From: Verrucomicrobiota bacterium
GTDB lineage: Bacteria > Verrucomicrobiota > Verrucomicrobiia > Opitutales > UBA953
Assembly: GCA_005798925.1 (NCBI GenBank)
Contig: SYID01000194.1
Span: 1-29,752, forward strand
Direction: 5' to 3'
DNA: 29,752 nt
Made by a program: the position numbers and the translations under genes. Below the pieces are notes generated by a model. The model was not told the DNA's origin and made no database searches. It saw only the letters and a program-made list of their open reading frames with translations. This document shows positions 25,278 to 29,752 of the stretch, piece after piece. Each line of letters opens with the position of its first letter. Position 1 is the stretch's first letter.

Positions 25278-25885
25278 TTCGGTGGGTTGGCGGAACCGAA
25301 CAGTTCGAGCTGGGCGGCCTTCACCATATCGTAGACCCGGAGCAGGCGGAGCAACTGCAAGGTGTCGGATTTCGCATAACTCTGGTTCGATTCGACCGCT
25401 TGGACGAGATTCTCGAGGATCGTCCGGAAAGTCAGCACGTGGTCGACGCCGCTCTCGCGCAGCAGCGTGATGCTTTCCGAGCGTTGCGGCTCCGTGGCCG
25501 GGATGCCCGGCAGGACGAGGATCTTCGCCAAGGGCTGGCCTTCGGGCGGCGTGAGGTCGGCGAAGGCCTCCTTCGCGGCTTCGACGGCCTCTTTGCGCAC
25601 GAACTCCAGCAGGTCGCCTTTCCTGATCATCGTCGGCGTGATGGCCTTGGTCGTGTGCCAGGCCTTCACCGCGACGACGGCGGCGCTCAGTCCGGGCAGG
25701 TCCGAGCCGAACAGCTGGAAGGGCGTCTCGCCGCCGCGCCGCGGGGAAGGGTTGATCACCAGGAGGTCGCCCTCTTCGTCGGCGCGCTTCCGGCGGGACT
25801 GGACGGCGTATTTGCGCGACTGGCGCACGAAGAAGCCGTTCATCTCGAAATATTCGCGGACCAGGCTGTCGTCGAAACCCGCCAT
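25274..25885 (-). CDS. Hypothetical protein, probable PD-(D/E)XK (YraN/Hjc-like) fold
   Basis: DDSLVREYFEMNGFFVRQ...EEGDLLVINP...AVVAVKAWH. Genome-like codon usage; coupled to lpxA. Confidence 0.7.
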   Translation of the reverse strand: MAGFDDSLVREYFEMNGFFVRQSRKYAVQSRRKRADEEGDLLVINPSPRRGGETPFQLFGSDLPGLSAAVVAVKAWHTTKAITPTMIRKGDLLEFVRKEAVEAAKEAFADLTPPEGQPLAKILVLPGIPATEPQRSESITLLRESGVDHVLTFRTILENLVQAVESNQSYAKSDTLQLLRLLRVYDMVKAAQLELFGSANPPK

Positions 25886-25893
25886 TGTCGGCA

Positions 25894-25923
25894 AGGATGC
25901 GGGCGACCGGCCCTCCGGGTCAA
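25894..25923 (-). promoter_or_regulatory. Candidate promoter for the hypothetical-lpxA-pdxA-SBP operon
   Basis: TTGACC (25923-25918)-N18-CATCCT (25899-25894), then 8 nt to the ATG at 25885. Confidence 0.4.
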
Positions 25924-25936
25924 CCCGCGATGAGCG

Positions 25937-26665
25937 TCAGAGGACGAAGTCGGCCGGGGCGATCGCCACGGTGAACTCGCCTTTCAGCGAACCGGCTTTC
26001 AGGCCGGGGACCAGTTCGGCCAGGGGCGCCGTGCGGATCGTCTCGTGCAGCTTGGTGATTTCGCGGCCGACGCAAACGACGCGCGCCGGGCCGAGGATCT
26101 CGAGCATCTCCTCCAGGAAGTCCCCGATGCGGTGGCAGGATTCATGCAGCACCACGGTCTCGTCGGCCGTCGCCAGGCCTTCGAGGAAGCGCCGGCGGGC
26201 GGCGGACTTGGGCGCGAGGAAGCCGACGAAGCGGAAAGCGTTGGTCGGCAGGCCCGAGGCGGAGAGCAGGGCGACGATGGCGCACGGACCGGGCAGGGGG
26301 GTGACCGTGAGGCCGCGGCGGCGGCACTCGCGCGTCACGCGGAAGCCCGGGTCGCTGATGCCGGGCGTGCCCGCGTCGGTGATCAGGGCGACCTTGGCCC
26401 CGGCGGCGACCTTGTCGGCGATGACGACCGCGGCGTCCTTCTCGTTATGCTCGTGGTAGGCGAGCATCGGCTTCGAGACGGCCAGGTGGCGCAGGAGCCC
26501 GCCGGTGACGCGGGTGTCCTCGCAGGCCACCCAATCGGACTCCGCGATCGCCTCCTTGGCGCGCGCGGTGATGTCGCCGAGATTGCCCAGCGGCGTGGCC
26601 ACGACCCAGAGCCGCCCGGCGGAACCTTGCGTTCGGCCGGCGGCGCCTGCGTCAGCCGGAGGCAT
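25937..26665 (-). CDS. rsmI: 16S rRNA (cytidine-1402-2'-O)-methyltransferase
   Basis: LWVVATPLGNLGDIT.RA, ACEDTR, YHEHNE, TDAGTPGISDPG, PLPGPCA, FVGFL, ESCHRI, REITKLHE, KGEFTV. Ends without the short C-terminal domain seen in E. coli RsmI. Confidence 0.93.
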   Translation of the reverse strand: MPPADAGAAGRTQGSAGRLWVVATPLGNLGDITARAKEAIAESDWVACEDTRVTGGLLRHLAVSKPMLAYHEHNEKDAAVVIADKVAAGAKVALITDAGTPGISDPGFRVTRECRRRGLTVTPLPGPCAIVALLSASGLPTNAFRFVGFLAPKSAARRRFLEGLATADETVVLHESCHRIGDFLEEMLEILGPARVVCVGREITKLHETIRTAPLAELVPGLKAGSLKGEFTVAIAPADFVL

Positions 26666-26835
26666 CAGCGACGATAGCCCGAACCGGGCGTCGAGACGCC
26701 CGGAAGGCCGCCCTGCCAGCTGGCCGGCTGGGCCTGCGGGAGCATGGAATCCGACGGCTTCTCGACGGTCTCGCAACCGGTGAGCCCGGCCAGGGCGGTC
26801 AGCAGGGCGGAGACGATGAAGAGGCGGGCGGACAT
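26665..26835 (-). CDS. Small lipoprotein (56 aa), function unknown
   Basis: Own translation: MSARLFIVSALLTALAGLTG-CETVEKPSDSMLPQAQPASWQGGLPGVSTPGSGYRR. LTGC lipobox. Exactly fills the gap: ATG 1 nt after the upstream TGA, TGATG overlap with rsmI. Not in the ORF track. Confidence 0.8.
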   Translation of the reverse strand: MSARLFIVSALLTALAGLTGCETVEKPSDSMLPQAQPASWQGGLPGVSTPGSGYRR

Positions 26836-26836
26836 C

Positions 26837-27784
26837 TCAGTTGCTGGCCAGCTTGGTGGAGGGGGTCAGCGACACGGTACCGGCCTTGGCGATGGCGCTG
26901 AGATCGAGTTCCTTGCCGGGCTGGAGCTGGCCGAAGGAAAGGGCTCCCTTGACCGAGGAGATCTTCACCTTGCCGACTTCCCTGCCGTCGACCTTGACGG
27001 AGAAGAGGGCGCTTTCCTTGATGCCATTGGCTTCGCCCACCGAAAAAGCGACGATGCCGGAACGGGCGTCCAGGGCCAGGATGTTGGTCGGGATCGTGTC
27101 GGTCGCGGCCTCGACGGCGACGGCCAACGAAGATGCGGGAGCGGCGGTCCCTTCTTTCACGGGCTCGGCGAAGGGGTCGCGTTGGAAGCCGCCGGGGGCG
27201 GGGGACTCGGAGGCGCGGGAGGCCCAATTATGCAGCGCCGCATACTTGCTGCGCAGGGCGGTGGAGAGCTCCTCGGCCTTGGTGGCCTTGGCTTCGATTT
27301 CAGCCAGCTGCTCCTTGGTGTACATGTTGTTCACCTTCTCGGTGGCGCGGACCAGGTCTTCCTTGACGGCGGTGAGTTCGGCGACGGCCCCGTCCTTCTT
27401 GCTGTTGGCATCGGTGAGCTGGGCGGAGAGCTCGTCGCGTTTGCGGGTCAGTTCGGCGCGCTCGCCTTCGAGGGTGGCGTTCGCGGCGGTGAGACCTTCG
27501 ATCTTCGTCTTCTTGTCGGCGACGTCGGCGGTCAGGTCCTTCTTGGCGAGCTCGAGGTCGGCGATGGCCTTGCGCTTGGCGTCCAAGAGGCCCGGCAACG
27601 AGGCGAGGGAGGTCATGCGAGCGTCGTAATCCTTGCCGGCCTTCACTTCGGCGTCGTTGACGGCCCAGAGGGTCTTGGTGAGGGCGGCGTCCATCTTGCC
27701 TTTCAGTAGGAACGCGAAGACGACCGCGGCGACGGCGGCGATCACGGTCAGGATGCGGAGGAAGGCGTTGAGCTTCTTGTTCAT
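26837..27784 (-). CDS. Membrane-anchored coiled-coil protein with C-terminal beta-rich domain, function unknown
   Basis: N-terminal TM (ILTVIAAVAAVVFAFLL), ~150 aa of heptad-rich helix, Pro/Ala linker, then alternating beta-strands (ILALDARSGIVAFSVG...REVGKVKISSV). Confidence 0.75.
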   Translation of the reverse strand: MNKKLNAFLRILTVIAAVAAVVFAFLLKGKMDAALTKTLWAVNDAEVKAGKDYDARMTSLASLPGLLDAKRKAIADLELAKKDLTADVADKKTKIEGLTAANATLEGERAELTRKRDELSAQLTDANSKKDGAVAELTAVKEDLVRATEKVNNMYTKEQLAEIEAKATKAEELSTALRSKYAALHNWASRASESPAPGGFQRDPFAEPVKEGTAAPASSLAVAVEAATDTIPTNILALDARSGIVAFSVGEANGIKESALFSVKVDGREVGKVKISSVKGALSFGQLQPGKELDLSAIAKAGTVSLTPSTKLASN

Positions 27785-27799
27785 GGGGTGATAAAGGGG

Positions 27800-29377
27800 T
27801 TAAGAATGACGGAAGAAGGTGAGCCCGGGGTCGGGGTTTTCCTGGCGGGAGACAGGACCGGGGTTCGACGAAACGTGCAGAAGGACCTTGAACACCAATT
27901 CTTCCCTCCCCTCAAGAGCAATTTCCTCACAGACTTGGGCTGCCGTGAGCGGTTTGCCTCCGGCCTTGGCGAGGGCGGCGAGGGCGGCCGCCCGGATTTT
28001 CAAGGTCTCGGTGGCCGCCTTCTTGCCCGCTTCGACGCCCGGCTGGTGGTAGGCGTTGATGCCGAGGAGGTTGGCGTACAGTCCGACGGCTCGTTCGAAG
28101 AGCGCGATCAGCATGCCGACCGAGCGGGCGTCCACCTGATCGATGGTGATCGTGATGTTGGCCCGGCCGCTGCCGGAAAGCGCCTCGCGGGTGCCCAGGA
28201 GGAAGGCTTGGAGGTAGTCCCCGGAGGTGACCCCGGGTTCGACCTCCAGGGAAGACCCTTCGCGATCCTTGAGGACCTCGATGAAGACGGCGAAGAAATT
28301 GTTCACCCCGTCGCGCAATTGCTGGACGTAGGCATGCTGATCGGTCGACCCCTTGTTGCCGTAGACCGTGAGTCCTTGGAGCACCTGGCGCCCCTCCAGG
28401 TCGTGTTCCTTGCCGAGCGACTCCATGACGAGCTGCTGGAGGTAACGGGAGAAGAGGAGCAGCCGGTCCTTGTAGGGAAGCACGACCATCGCCTTGGAGC
28501 CCCGCCCGTCGGTGAGGTGATGCCAGGCCAGCGCCATCGCCGCGGCGGGATTCCGGGCGGCGTCGGGGACGCGCGTGAGCGCATCCATGGCCTTCGCGCC
28601 CTCGAGCAGGCCGCGGATATCGATGCCCTGCAGCGCGGCCGGCAGAAGGCCGACGGGGCCGAGCTCGCTCGTGCGGCCGCCGACCCAGTCCCACATCGGG
28701 AAACGGGCGAGCCACTTCTCGGCGACGGCGACCTGGTCGAGCTGGCTGCCGACACCGGTGACGGCGACGGCATGAGCCGCGAAGGAGAGGCCGGCCTGCT
28801 TCCAGCGGAGCGCGGCCTCGAGCTGGCCGTTGCGCGGCTCGGGCGTGCTGCCGGATTTCGAGGTCACGATCGCGAGGGTGGTCCCGAGGCGGCCGACGAG
28901 ACCGTCGAAGACGCGGTCGATGCCGTCGGGGTCGGTGTTGTCGATGAAATGCACGCGGAGCTTGTCCGTCTTGCCGCCGAGCGCGTCGGCCACGAACTGC
29001 GGCCCGAGGGCCGAGCCCCCGATGCCGACGCAGAGGAGGTCGGTGAACCTGCCGGCGGAGCCTTTGACCTGACCGGCGTGGACCTGCGCGGCGAACTTCA
29101 CGATGGCTTCGACGGCGGCCTTCACCTCGGCGGCGATCTTCGCGTCGGGCGCGAGTTCCGGCGCGCGCAGCCAGTAGTGGCCGACCATGCGTTTCTCATC
29201 GGGATTGGCGACGGCGCCCTTCTCCAAGGCGGCCATGTCGGCGAAGGCCTTCGCCATGGCCGGGGCCATCTTCTCGGCGAAGCCCGCCGGCGCGGGCGCG
29301 CGGCTGAAGTCGAGCGAGACGCCGAGTTCAGGGAAATTGAGGAGCTGCCGGCGGTAGAGGTCGAAGGAGGAGGCCAC
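27800..29377 (-). CDS. pgi: Glucose-6-phosphate isomerase
   Basis: [75 protein letters not shown]. Probable GTG start at 29377 with AGGA upstream; the track's start at 29452 runs through the ilvD terminator. Confidence 0.95.
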   Translation of the reverse strand: MASSFDLYRRQLLNFPELGVSLDFSRAPAPAGFAEKMAPAMAKAFADMAALEKGAVANPDEKRMVGHYWLRAPELAPDAKIAAEVKAAVEAIVKFAAQVHAGQVKGSAGRFTDLLCVGIGGSALGPQFVADALGGKTDKLRVHFIDNTDPDGIDRVFDGLVGRLGTTLAIVTSKSGSTPEPRNGQLEAALRWKQAGLSFAAHAVAVTGVGSQLDQVAVAEKWLARFPMWDWVGGRTSELGPVGLLPAALQGIDIRGLLEGAKAMDALTRVPDAARNPAAAMALAWHHLTDGRGSKAMVVLPYKDRLLLFSRYLQQLVMESLGKEHDLEGRQVLQGLTVYGNKGSTDQHAYVQQLRDGVNNFFAVFIEVLKDREGSSLEVEPGVTSGDYLQAFLLGTREALSGSGRANITITIDQVDARSVGMLIALFERAVGLYANLLGINAYHQPGVEAGKKAATETLKIRAAALAALAKAGGKPLTAAQVCEEIALEGREELVFKVLLHVSSNPGPVSRQENPDPGLTFFRHS

Positions 29378-29386
29378 GATGTCCTG

Positions 29387-29415
29387 ATGCTCTCCCGGCG
29401 CCGAGAGGCTTGCAA
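29387..29415 (-). promoter_or_regulatory. Candidate pgi operon promoter
   Basis: TTGCAA (29415-29410)-N17-GAGCAT (29392-29387), then 9 nt to the GTG. Confidence 0.45.
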
Positions 29416-29416
29416 C

Positions 29417-29449
29417 AAAAAGGGCGGACCGCCGGAGCGTCCGCCCTTT
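29417..29449 (-). terminator. Intrinsic terminator of ilvD
   Basis: AAAGGGCGGAC/GTCCGCCCTTT stem with 9-nt loop; U5 tract on the minus strand. Confidence 0.82.
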
Positions 29450-29469
29450 CATTTCCGCTCAGGAAGGCC

Positions 29470-29752
29470 TCAGTCGCCGTCGGTGATGGCGCCTTCGGAG
29501 GCGGACCTCACCTGTTTGGCGTATTTGGCCAGCACGCCGCGCTTCTCCTTGCACGGGGCGGGCCGCCAATCCTTGAGCCGACGGGCGATCTCCTCGTCCG
29601 ACAGGTCCAGGTTGAGCTCGTTCTTCACCGCGTCGATATGGATGCGGTCGCCGTTCTTCACGATGGCGAGCGGGCCGCCGACGGCGGCTTCGGGGGAGAC
29701 GTGGCCGACGACGAAGCCGTGGCTGCCGCCGGAGAAGCGACCGTCGGTGATC
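29470..29752 (-). CDS. ilvD: Dihydroxy-acid dehydratase (3' part; starts beyond the window)
   Basis: Own translation: [41 protein letters not shown]...[20 protein letters not shown]. Confidence 0.95.
   Translation of the reverse strand, partial: ITDGRFSGGSHGFVVGHVSPEAAVGGPLAIVKNGDRIHIDAVKNELNLDLSDEEIARRLKDWRPAPCKEKRGVLAKYAKQVRSASEGAITDGD

Noticed and set aside
29378-29452. N-terminal extension of pgi given by the ORF track; likewise the extended starts for nadE, thrB, rlmN, rsmI, pdxA and the TPR genes
   Set aside because: The extensions run through terminators, promoters or neighbouring genes. Downstream starts fit family N-termini and gene coupling better.
1-29752. Mobile elements, prophage, defence systems, tRNA/rRNA
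   Set aside because: No transposase, integrase, att-like repeats, phage or defence genes, cloverleaf or rRNA signatures were seen. Composition looks uniform by eye.

Overview
High-GC (roughly 65-70% by eye) bacterial chromosomal segment, very densely packed, almost all genes on the minus strand. I found no mobile elements, tRNA/rRNA or CRISPR. Gene content and architecture suggest Verrucomicrobiota/PVC, probably Opitutales: long-form GreA, TPR-ExbB-ExbD-ExbD cluster, rpmF-plsX-fabH-bamD-like-lptE-like-rpe run, weak Shine-Dalgarno usage. This taxonomy is inference only, as no rRNA is present. Most genes are housekeeping: uvrB (5' part), HAD hydrolase, FAD-linked oxidase, nadE, thrB/thrC, greA, rlmN, rpe, fabH, plsX, rpmF, gmhB-like, pdxA, lpxA, rsmI, pgi, ilvD (3' part). 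The items most worth follow-up are: (i) a stand-alone 83-aa secreted protein built of three CPC-EKEKPKA repeats with its own promoter and terminator; (ii) a five-gene TPR/TPR/ExbB/ExbD/ExbD proton-motor operon with no TonB/TolA/receptor; (iii) a 56-aa lipoprotein missed by the ORF track and coupled to rsmI; (iv) a YraN/Hjc-like PD-(D/E)XK-fold protein heading the lpxA operon; (v) a GreA with a ~500-aa extension starting with a Tudor-like motif; (vi) recurrent promoter geometry suggesting leaderless or very short-leader mRNAs. All product calls come from motif recognition by eye; no database searches were run.
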